Shown here: positions 17,350 through 25,482 of the stretch, piece by piece
How the letters are laid out: each line of letters opens with the position of its first letter
Numbering within the stretch: position 1 is the stretch's first letter
Assembly (NCBI GenBank): GCA_003208875.1
Contig: QCUR01000003.1
Coordinates: 1-64,000 of the forward strand
Source: Prochlorococcus sp. AG-679-M23
Lineage (GTDB): Bacteria > Cyanobacteriota > Cyanobacteriia > PCC-6307 > Cyanobiaceae
DNA: 64,000 nucleotides
Direction of reading: 5' to 3'
Program-made: the position numbers and the translations under genes
Notes under the pieces: generated by a model
Told to the model about the DNA's origin: nothing
The model's input: only the letters and a program-made list of their open reading frames with translations
Database searches by the model: none

Positions 17350-18138
17350 TTAAAATTTATTTCCAATTTTTGGAATTATTAGAGAAGCAACGCAAATAAC
17401 GCTTATAGCAGGACCAGGAGATAAGTTAAAAACAATTGAAAGAATAAAACCCAATAGAGAAATACAAAGTCCAAAGAATGAAGATCTCAACATTGCAATC
17501 CTGAGACTTTGTGCTTTATCAAGTCCTAATAAAGTAGGTGTTGAGAGTAATGCAATTACTAAAATTACTCCAACAGCTGACATTGAACTAACGATAACTA
17601 ATGCAGTAGTGAAACTTAGAGCCAAGTTTAATAAGGACACATTTATTCCACTAGCTGAGGCGCCCTCTGGATCTAATCCGACATATACAACTTTTTCATA
17701 TCCGAATGTTATTAATAAAATAAATGTTAGAAAAGCAATAATTGTTCTTAACAAATCGCTAAGATTTGCGGTTAATAAATCCCCAAATAAGACTGCCTCT
17801 AAATCAATTCTTATCCCAAGAAGTGGAATTAGTAAAACTCCAAAACCCAGCATGCCAGCAAGAATTGTATTCATTACCGCTTCATAATTTTCACTTTTTT
17901 TATTAGTTAAACTCTCTGCAACAATTGAACCAACAAGACCACTAATAACTCCTCCAATTGAGGGATGAATACCTAGAGCTAAAGCGAGAGCAAGACCAGG
18001 TAATACACAGTGAGAAATTAAATTTACTTGTAATAATCGTCTATGCGTAATCAATACTGTTCCCATAGCTGGGCATAAGATTCCAGAAAAAATAGTAATT
18101 ATTAAAGGAATTAACCACCAGTTGTTTAAATAAGACAT
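17350..18138 (-). CDS. Zn/Mn ABC transporter permease (ZnuB-like)
   Basis: ABC-3 family: ISHCVLPGLAL, LFGDLL, VGVILVIALL. Confidence 0.92.
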   Translation of the reverse strand: MSYLNNWWLIPLIITIFSGILCPAMGTVLITHRRLLQVNLISHCVLPGLALALALGIHPSIGGVISGLVGSIVAESLTNKKSENYEAVMNTILAGMLGFGVLLIPLLGIRIDLEAVLFGDLLTANLSDLLRTIIAFLTFILLITFGYEKVVYVGLDPEGASASGINVSLLNLALSFTTALVIVSSMSAVGVILVIALLSTPTLLGLDKAQSLRIAMLRSSFFGLCISLLGFILSIVFNLSPGPAISVICVASLIIPKIGNKF

Positions 18139-18185
18139 TAATCGTATGATTCGTTATGATCAAAAAAACAGGACATTAAAAGATC

Positions 18186-18590
18186 TTGAAAATGATGGTA
18201 ACCAAGCCTGACATTACCAAAAGACAAGAGCAACTTCTTGAAGAACTTAAAAAATGTGATGATGAATTGAGTGGTCAAGAATTGCATAGGCAATTGATTA
18301 TCGATGGCAAATCTATGGGTTTGACAACAGTTTATAGAAATCTTCAAGTTCTTATAAAACATGGATTAATTCGATCTAGACATCTACCAACAGGTGAGGT
18401 ACTTTACACTCCTGTTGATAGAGATATTCACCATCTGACATGTGTTCAATGTGGAGAAACCTCCAAAATGGAAGGTTGTCCGGTAAAAGATATTCATAGT
18501 CCAAAGAAAAACCCAAAAAAATTTCAACTTTTGTTTCATACACTTGAATATTTCGGCCTTTGCCAAAACTGTTATCAAGCTCAGAGTTAA
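18186..18590 (+). CDS. zur: Fur-family zinc uptake regulator
   Basis: GLTTVYRNL, HHLTCVQCG, FHTLEYFGLCQNC; sits within a Zn uptake cluster. Confidence 0.85.
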   Translation: MKMMVTKPDITKRQEQLLEELKKCDDELSGQELHRQLIIDGKSMGLTTVYRNLQVLIKHGLIRSRHLPTGEVLYTPVDRDIHHLTCVQCGETSKMEGCPVKDIHSPKKNPKKFQLLFHTLEYFGLCQNCYQAQS

Positions 18591-18604
18591 ATTTAAAAAT
18601 ATTT

Positions 18605-19375
18605 TTAATCACAAGTATTATTTTCTTTTAAAGAACTAATATTAAGATCATCCAATTTGCTTTGTATTGAATTGGGAGTTCCGGATGCTAATACTGTTTT
18701 ATCTAACACAACTACATGATCATAACTATTGAGAGATGAGCCCCAATCATGACTACTTATAAACAAAGCTAAGCCTGCATCTGCAAGTTGACGGACTATC
18801 TTAAGAAAATCATCTTTTGCGGGAGGATCTAATGCAGCACATGGTTCATCTAGCAGAAGAATTCTTGCAGGAGACATTAAAGTTTTAGCCAAAAGTGCTC
18901 TTTGTTGTTGTCCACCTGAAAGAGAATCAAGTCTTCTATTTGCAAGATTTGAAATGCCAACTCTTTGCATTGTTGCTTCCAATTCGCAACATTTATTAAC
19001 CCAAGACTTTGGATTTGCGAGAAGAGCCTTTATTTGGAATGGATTAGTATTTTTTGATTTTGAATATTTTATTTGACCTAATGAGACTAATTTTTCAACA
19101 GTAATAGGAAATTTCCAATTCATTGAGCTTCTTTGTGGCATAAGTGCAACCTGGGATCTAGTTCTAACTAAACTTTCACCATCAATAGTTATATCTCCAA
19201 TATCAGGATTATTTTGTCCTTGCAATAATTTCAAAAGAGTTGATTTACCAGCACCATTTGGTCCAACAAGAGCAGTCAATGTTCCTGGTTTTATTTGAAC
19301 TGAAACCTTATTTAAAGCTGGCTTGCTTTGTTTTGAATAAGAATAAGTTAAATTATCTGCAATTAAAGTAGCCAT
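18605..19375 (-). CDS. Zn/Mn ABC transporter ATPase (ZnuC-like)
   Basis: GPNGAGKST, LSGGQQQR, LLLDEP, SSHD. Confidence 0.92.
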   Translation of the reverse strand: MATLIADNLTYSYSKQSKPALNKVSVQIKPGTLTALVGPNGAGKSTLLKLLQGQNNPDIGDITIDGESLVRTRSQVALMPQRSSMNWKFPITVEKLVSLGQIKYSKSKNTNPFQIKALLANPKSWVNKCCELEATMQRVGISNLANRRLDSLSGGQQQRALLAKTLMSPARILLLDEPCAALDPPAKDDFLKIVRQLADAGLALFISSHDWGSSLNSYDHVVVLDKTVLASGTPNSIQSKLDDLNISSLKENNTCD

Positions 19376-19475
19376 TAATGAATATACTTAAATCAGTTAG
19401 ACCTTTATTTTATCAATATTAAGGAATCCATACTTATTTCATAACAATTGATACCAAATATTGACGTTAATTATG

Positions 19476-19492
19476 AAAATGATTATCATTTT
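19476..19492. promoter_or_regulatory. Zur box
   Basis: Perfect 8-1-8 palindrome AAAATGAT-T-ATCATTTT between the divergent ATPase and binding-protein genes. Confidence 0.85.
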
Positions 19493-19514
19493 AAATATTT
19501 AACGAATTTATTGA

Positions 19515-21008
19515 ATGTCGATTTTTAAAAAAGTAATTTTAAGTAATAAGAGATCTAATCATTCTTCTGTTATCAAAAACACTTTATTAGCTGGAACCGT
19601 ATTACTATCAGCAGTTGGTCAAGATGTTTTAGCGAAAGAAAAATCATATGTAGCTGTAGAGCCACTCACTTGCGATTTAGTAAAATCTATTGCCTTACCT
19701 TCTGATGAAGTAACCTGTTTGGTTGATAGAAAACAAGATGTACATGACTTAAAAATAACTCCAAGACAAGCTCAATTACTTAACAGTGCAGATAAAGTTT
19801 TTACTCTAGGGAAAGAGATGACCCCAAGCATGAAAAATTGGGAGGGTAAGCCTCAAACAGTTGTAATTGGGGTAAGTGCGATAGATGTAGATGACCACTC
19901 AGATCATGGTGGGCATGATGACCATGATGATCACTCTGCGGCAAAAGTAGATGACCATGATGATCACGCTGGACATGATGATCATGCAGAAGGTTCATTT
20001 GAATGGGCAGGCAAATTTCAACTCTCTAAAGGTTCCTACAAATGGTCATTTGCAAAGGTAGGAGGGGAATATGCAGATCCAGCTATGAAAATGGTGATTC
20101 TCGAATCAAATGATATTGAATCTTCTGAAGAACTTGCTAAAGAACTATTAGGTTCTAAGAAGTCAATAAATAAAAAAAATAATGGGACTCTTGTAGCTAG
20201 TAATAAAGCCTATGTTCTTAATTTTGATCAAGGGAAGGAAAGTACAGTATTTAATGTAGAAATTCAAGAAGATGGCCAATATACATTCTTCACTGAACAT
20301 ATGCCTTTTGAGTTTGAAGCCGAAGAACACTTCTTTAAAGATTTATCTAATAGCGATGTTGAACCAATTGCACAAGTTCCAGATGAAGGTGAGGGACATC
20401 ACCACCATGATCACGGAGGATTAGATCCTCATGTTTGGCATGATCCTCATAACATTATAAAGATGGGTGAAGTTGTAAGTAAAAGTTTAAAGAAAGATAT
20501 CTCTGTTTTTAATAGATCTGACAGGAAATCAATCAATTCGAGCTTTGCTTCAGTAGATTCAATACTAGAAGAACTCGATAGCTGGATTGTTGCACAGGTC
20601 TCAACAATTCCAGAATCAAACAGAGTTATTGTATCTAAACATAAAGCAATGGAATATTACGGCGATGCTTTTGGATTTGAGACTATTAGCTTACTAGATT
20701 TTCTTGGTGACTCATCAAGTCTAAGACCTGACAATATTCAATCAACGTTGAAGATGCTTGATGAAGAAAATGTTAAGGCAATATTTCCTGAACAAATACC
20801 AGCTTCTAAGTTATTAAAAAACTTGTCTAGACAAAGTTCAGTTCCTTTAGCTTCTAATCAAATATTTGTTGATGGATTAATGATGACAGGGAATACAGTT
20901 TCAGTTGCAGTTCACAATACATGTACCATTGTTAATTCCTTAGGTGGAACATGTGATAAGGAAGCAGGCTCCAGCATTGAAGGCACCTGGATTTCTCTAC
21001 AAAATTAA
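19515..21008 (+). CDS. Zn ABC transporter substrate-binding protein (ZnuA-like) with His/Asp-rich loop and large inserted domain
   Basis: DVHD, DPHVWHDP motifs, His-rich tracts, 497 aa. Confidence 0.92.
   Translation: MSIFKKVILSNKRSNHSSVIKNTLLAGTVLLSAVGQDVLAKEKSYVAVEPLTCDLVKSIALPSDEVTCLVDRKQDVHDLKITPRQAQLLNSADKVFTLGKEMTPSMKNWEGKPQTVVIGVSAIDVDDHSDHGGHDDHDDHSAAKVDDHDDHAGHDDHAEGSFEWAGKFQLSKGSYKWSFAKVGGEYADPAMKMVILESNDIESSEELAKELLGSKKSINKKNNGTLVASNKAYVLNFDQGKESTVFNVEIQEDGQYTFFTEHMPFEFEAEEHFFKDLSNSDVEPIAQVPDEGEGHHHHDHGGLDPHVWHDPHNIIKMGEVVSKSLKKDISVFNRSDRKSINSSFASVDSILEELDSWIVAQVSTIPESNRVIVSKHKAMEYYGDAFGFETISLLDFLGDSSSLRPDNIQSTLKMLDEENVKAIFPEQIPASKLLKNLSRQSSVPLASNQIFVDGLMMTGNTVSVAVHNTCTIVNSLGGTCDKEAGSSIEGTWISLQN
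19887..19990 (+). repeat. imperfect 60-bp tandem duplication encoding the His/Asp loop
   Basis: gtagatgacca at 19887 and 19947; catgatga at 19914 and 19974. Confidence 0.75.
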
Positions 21009-21019
21009 ACTTTTCCATA

Positions 21020-21038
21020 GATAACGGTTTTCATTATC
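21020..21038. promoter_or_regulatory. possible second, degenerate Zur box
   Basis: GATAACGGTTTTCATTATC upstream of the COG0523 gene; about 3 mismatches to the AnAATGATnATCATTnT pattern. Confidence 0.45.
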
Positions 21039-21094
21039 AAAGAATGTCTAGTATATTGATTGGTGGACATTATTTTAATTAGATCAATTAATAG

Positions 21095-22453
21095 ATGAGT
21101 ATCAACGAAAAAGTTCCTGTTACAATCCTTACTGGATTCCTAGGCTCAGGTAAAACAACTCTACTTAATAGAATACTAAGTGAAGAGCATGGTAAGAGAA
21201 TAGCTGTTATTGAAAATGAATACGGTGAAGTTGGAATAGATCAAGGTCTTGTAATAAATGCCGATGAAGAAGTATTTGAAATGTCTAATGGTTGCATTTG
21301 TTGTACTGTTCGCGGAGATCTTATTAGAGTCCTTGGTAATTTGATGAAAAGAAGAGATAAGTTTGACTATGTACTGGTTGAAACAACAGGATTAGCTGAC
21401 CCTGGTCCTGTTGCACAAACATTTTTTATGGATGAAGAAATTAGTTCTGAATTCACACTTGATGGAATAGTTACATTAGTTGATGCAGCTCATATTGATC
21501 AACAACTTGGACGTAGTGATGAGAGTTCTGAACAAGTGGCATTTGCAGATGTCTTAGTTCTCAATAAAACTGATTTAGTCTCAGATGATGCTCTTGATAA
21601 CCTTGAATCAAGATTAAGAGATATGAATCGTATGACTCGTATTATTCGAGCGGAGAAAGCAGAGGTCCCTATTGAGACAGTTTTAAATTTGAGTGCATTT
21701 GATCTTGACCAAATGCTAAAGCGTAGACCAACTTTTTTAGAGCCTGAATATCCTTTTGAATGGTCAGGAGTTTACGAACTTGAGACTGGAAAATATGAGT
21801 TGCAACTTCAAGAAGGGCCTGATCCTGAAATGTCTTTAGTAGCATTTGCTAATCAAGGTTTTAGTGAGGAAGAATTAAAGAAGGGTGCTGAAGCTTCTGT
21901 AAGATTGTATGCTGAAAAAGCTAAAAACTTAGAACCTGGAAATACTATTCCATATGATGAGCATGTAAGTCTTAAATTGCAAAAAAAAGGGTCTAAATCT
22001 TTTATTTTGGATGTAGAAAAAGCTTCAAAAGTTGGATTGTATACACAACATACTGCTGAAGAATTCAATATGAAAGTGCTAAAAATAGATGCCCAAAATA
22101 ATGTAGTTGAAATTCCTTTTAAAACTGAAAGGAAATGGGTCGCAGAACATGAACATGATGACGAAGTTGGATCAATTGCTATAGAGCGTTTTGGAGATGT
22201 TGATCCTGAAAAATTGAATACTTGGATGGGAAGACTTCTCTCCGAGAAAGGAGTAGATATATTCAGGACAAAAGGGTTTATTAGTTATTCTGGCAACCCA
22301 CGACGAATAGTATTTCAAGGAGTTCATATGTTATTTACTGCCCAACCAGATAAAGAATGGGGAAATGAACCACGAAGAAATCAACTCGTGTTTATTGGAA
22401 GAAACCTAGATGAAAAAGAGATGCAAGAGGGATTTGATAAGTGCCTGATATAG
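21095..22453 (+). CDS. COG0523/CobW-family G3E GTPase metallochaperone with inserted domain
   Basis: GFLGSGKTT, ENEYG, GCICC, ETTG, NKTD; CobW_C (RTKG, FQGV, VFIGR). Confidence 0.93.
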   Translation: MSINEKVPVTILTGFLGSGKTTLLNRILSEEHGKRIAVIENEYGEVGIDQGLVINADEEVFEMSNGCICCTVRGDLIRVLGNLMKRRDKFDYVLVETTGLADPGPVAQTFFMDEEISSEFTLDGIVTLVDAAHIDQQLGRSDESSEQVAFADVLVLNKTDLVSDDALDNLESRLRDMNRMTRIIRAEKAEVPIETVLNLSAFDLDQMLKRRPTFLEPEYPFEWSGVYELETGKYELQLQEGPDPEMSLVAFANQGFSEEELKKGAEASVRLYAEKAKNLEPGNTIPYDEHVSLKLQKKGSKSFILDVEKASKVGLYTQHTAEEFNMKVLKIDAQNNVVEIPFKTERKWVAEHEHDDEVGSIAIERFGDVDPEKLNTWMGRLLSEKGVDIFRTKGFISYSGNPRRIVFQGVHMLFTAQPDKEWGNEPRRNQLVFIGRNLDEKEMQEGFDKCLI

Positions 22454-23499
22454 AACCTTTTAGCCCTAGAGGTATGTTTCATGAGGGATGGTCTGCGGAA
22501 GTTGATGATTATGCAATAGTTTGTGGCTGGGCTTTAGGAGGTAAACTCTTTATCGTTGGAGATGTTGTCGGAGGGCTTTATGGATTCGAAGGAGATACAG
22601 GTAAGCTTTTTTGGAAAAAAGATGAAGCCCATTCAGGAGGTCTTCTTGCAATGTCTATTCATCCGAATGGAGAGATTTTTGCAACTTCTGGACAAGACGG
22701 AATAGTTCGAATATTAAATTGCAATAATGGGGAAGAAATTAAAGCCATTAAACTTGGTAAAGGTTGGGTAGAACATTTAAGTTGGTCAAATGGCGGTTTA
22801 TATTTAGCCATAGCTTTTTCCAAAAAAGTATATGTATTTAATCAAGATGGTAATGAACAATGGGTTTCAGAAGAACATCCAAGTACGGTAAGTGCAATAT
22901 CGTGGTCGAATAAAAATGAATTAGCAACTGCATGCTACGGACGAGTAACTTTCTTTGACGTAGCAAATAAAAAGACCAATCAGAAACTTGAATGGCAAGG
23001 CTCACTAGTGTCGATGAAGTTAAGCCCTGATGGAGATATAGTAGCCTGTGGTAGTCAAGATAATTCAGTACATTTCTGGCGTAGATCAACTGGACAAGAT
23101 GCCGAAATGACAGGTTATCCTGGAAAGCCTTCTCACCTTTCATTTGACGATACTGGCATGCTATTAGCAACAAGTGGTAGCGAAAGAATTACAGTATGGA
23201 GTTTTTCAGGTAATGGCCCAGAAGGAACTATGCCTGGAGAATTATGTCATCATACTGAACCAATTTCTAGCCTAGCTTTTTCTAACAAAGGTTTGCTAGT
23301 TGCTTCAGGTTCAAGAGATGGTTCAGTCGTAGCTAGTTTTCTAAAAAACGATGGGAACGGTGATCCTGTTGGGGCTGCATTTGCTGGAGATTTAGTTGGA
23401 AATATTGCTTGGAGACCAGATGACTGCGCTTTAGCTGCAATTAATGCAAAGGGTGTTGTAAAAGTTTGGAATTTCAAAGTACGTACTAGTACTTTTTAA
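22441..23499 (+). CDS. WD40 repeat beta-propeller protein
   Basis: Repeated ATSGQDG/ACGSQDNSVHFW/ASGSRDG; overlaps the COG0523 stop codon. Confidence 0.9.
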   Translation: MPDIEPFSPRGMFHEGWSAEVDDYAIVCGWALGGKLFIVGDVVGGLYGFEGDTGKLFWKKDEAHSGGLLAMSIHPNGEIFATSGQDGIVRILNCNNGEEIKAIKLGKGWVEHLSWSNGGLYLAIAFSKKVYVFNQDGNEQWVSEEHPSTVSAISWSNKNELATACYGRVTFFDVANKKTNQKLEWQGSLVSMKLSPDGDIVACGSQDNSVHFWRRSTGQDAEMTGYPGKPSHLSFDDTGMLLATSGSERITVWSFSGNGPEGTMPGELCHHTEPISSLAFSNKGLLVASGSRDGSVVASFLKNDGNGDPVGAAFAGDLVGNIAWRPDDCALAAINAKGVVKVWNFKVRTSTF

Positions 23500-23899
23500 A
23501 CAAGATTTAAATAATTACTAGCTTTTAAATTTACCAATAATTAGTTTTCAAATGTCTCTCCATACAAATCACTTCGCAATCATTATCAATACCTTTTGGA
23601 TGAATATCACAATATGAAAGACATTGTAAATATTCATCCACGGGATTATTAATATCATTATTATGATTATTTTGAATTTTTGAATTAGTCATAAATAGAT
23701 TTCCTCAATTCATTTAGGGTTAACATAAACGAGAGAGATAAGAAAAGAAATAAGCAAAACTTACTAAAAAACTAAACAAGAACTATATAAAATTTAAAGC
23801 GTAAAATAAACAAATTGATTATTACTATCGAACATTTTGGATTAAAAATCAATGCGTATAAAAACGGATTGTTTTTTTAAAAGTTTTTAATTAATTTGT

Positions 23900-24100
23900 G
23901 ATTGTTGAGTTTTAGGAGGTCTTTCAAAATGATCGATAGCCTGCCTGCAATTTCGGAATAATTCCGAACTAATTTAATTAACTGCTCCAATTATTTTTTA
24001 TTAATGTCTGAACTTACTTCTTCCGCATCGTTTAGGTGCCCTACAGGAAAAAAGTTCAATTCTAGAGTCTTTGCCCCAGTTAAAAACAATTAGTTTTTTA
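23900..24100 (+). ncRNA. Yfr6-like dual-function RNA (approximate bounds)
   Basis: TTAGGAGGTCTT...ATGATCG..AGCCTG leader, TTCGGAA/TTCCGAA hairpin, followed by an MSEL..SFRC peptide ORF; similarity to Yfr6 is from memory. Confidence 0.5.
24004..24093 (+). CDS. 29-aa peptide within the Yfr6-like RNA
   Basis: MSELTSSASFRCPTGKKFNSRVFAPVKNN. Confidence 0.5.
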   Translation: MSELTSSASFRCPTGKKFNSRVFAPVKNN

Positions 24101-24190
24101 AGGTTATTTTAAGCTGAAAAATAATTAACAACAAGGATCAATGATTTAGGCTAGTTGTTAATTTTGATAAATAAAATAAGTATAGAGAAT

Positions 24191-24221
24191 AAAAGGAGAG
24201 CTTTTAAATGCTCTCCTTTTT
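24191..24221. terminator. bidirectional intrinsic terminator
   Basis: AAAAGGAGAGC-loop-GCTCTCCTTTT. Confidence 0.8.
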
Positions 24222-24310
24222 ATTTGGGCTAAAAAAACAAACTTTGGCATTATTATATTTTTTTAGCTATCTATTGTAATAAGAGACTTTACTTTGATAG
24301 AGATAAAATA

Positions 24311-24454
24311 ATGTCAAAAAAACTTAGCTTTTTTTCTGATTTATTAGCTAGAGCTGTTAATGAAATCGAATACAAAAATGTTCTTAAAAAATTAAAGAAA
24401 CATGATCTTATAGCAGATATAGATGATCAGAGATCACACCATTTCTATTCATAG
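24311..24454 (+). CDS. small hypothetical protein (47 aa)
   Basis: MSKKLSFFSDLLARAVNEIEYKNVLKKLKKHDLIADIDDQRSHHFYS. Confidence 0.45.
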   Translation: MSKKLSFFSDLLARAVNEIEYKNVLKKLKKHDLIADIDDQRSHHFYS

Positions 24455-24581
24455 CGAGGGGACTAAATTGAACTATTGGTATAAATCTTTTACTTCAATA
24501 ATCTTACTTTGGCTAGAAGTAATATTACAAAATAAATTTTTTATATTTTTAATAATAAGAAAAATAATTTTGTTTTAATCC

Positions 24582-24908
24582 ATGAATAATTACTATTGTC
24601 CATACTGTAATCCCAAATATCAATTTCAAAAAAAATCAACATCTGGAGAATTAATATGTGGGTTATGTGGTGACCCTTTAGTAAAAAAACCATTGATTAA
24701 AATTAATCAAATAATTGCTATTATTGCCTCCCTATCGCTAGTACTTCCATTGATTTACACGTTTATTATTTTAATTAAAAACCAAATAAATCCTCCTAAT
24801 AGAAACTACAATGCAAGTACAAATTTTATCGAGAAAAATTTAAAAACAAGATTTTTTCAACCTCTACAAAGTGATTTACTTAAACAAGAATCATCATCTT
24901 CAATTTGA
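24582..24908 (+). CDS. Zn-ribbon plus TM protein
   Basis: CPYC...CGLC followed by a hydrophobic helix. Confidence 0.7.
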   Translation: MNNYYCPYCNPKYQFQKKSTSGELICGLCGDPLVKKPLIKINQIIAIIASLSLVLPLIYTFIILIKNQINPPNRNYNASTNFIEKNLKTRFFQPLQSDLLKQESSSSI

Positions 24909-25129
24909 TTTTTATAACTAGAATTATTTAACTCTTTATTCATAATTAATGATTTAACAGATTCTTTACAATGATTTTTACATCCTCCATTAAATGAATT
25001 GTGAGCTTGTAAAAAGTGAGTATTTGTTAAAAAGATAAATAAGATTAATTTAAAAGTTTGTTTTATTTTGGATTTCATTTTTAGTAAATTATTTACCAAG
25101 CCTGGATTGATATTATCAATTAATTCCAA
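24857..25129 (-). CDS. hypothetical secreted Cys-containing protein
   Basis: Signal-like segment, AH...GGCKNHC...SCLSKSLCRG; true start may be downstream of 25129. Confidence 0.55.
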   Translation of the reverse strand: MELIDNINPGLVNNLLKMKSKIKQTFKLILFIFLTNTHFLQAHNSFNGGCKNHCKESVKSLIMNKELNNSSYKNQIEDDDSCLSKSLCRG

Positions 25130-25356
25130 GGAGTGTTAATTAATCCCCAAATATCAAAAAAGAAAAATAAAATTGCAATAACAACTAAATCCCAGGCCCT
25201 TTCCCTAAAAGCCCAAGGCGCTATAAAAACTTCTCCCAAACCATGAAGTGCAGCTCCAGTAGGTAGATGATCTAAAACAAGTAAACTATGAGAAAGAATA
25301 AAAAGTAAACTCGCAAAATATCTAAAAAAAACAAATTGCCAATTGCCAGAATTCAT
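25120..25356 (-). CDS. conserved hypothetical membrane protein
   Basis: 78 aa, hydrophobic, HSLL/ALHGLGE. Confidence 0.7.
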   Translation of the reverse strand: MNSGNWQFVFFRYFASLLFILSHSLLVLDHLPTGAALHGLGEVFIAPWAFRERAWDLVVIAILFFFFDIWGLINTPWN

Positions 25357-25432
25357 GTTTTTTATATTTTTAAGAAATATAGTTCAATGCATAAAATATT
25401 GAAATAGATTTAGTTTATAGATATTTCTTTTT

Positions 25433-25446
25433 GTAGTTTTAAATAC
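25433..25446. promoter_or_regulatory. NtcA-binding site (GTA-N8-TAC)
   Basis: GTAgttttaaaTAC ending 36 nt upstream of the CP-ATP-grasp start codon. Confidence 0.6.
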
Positions 25447-25482
25447 TAAATATCGTCCCAAGCTAAAGTAAAAAGTTAACAA

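Noticed and set aside
23540..23680. Possible gene remnant or third Zur box after the WD40 gene
   Set aside because: Only short frames without a convincing start; the palindrome is too degenerate to call
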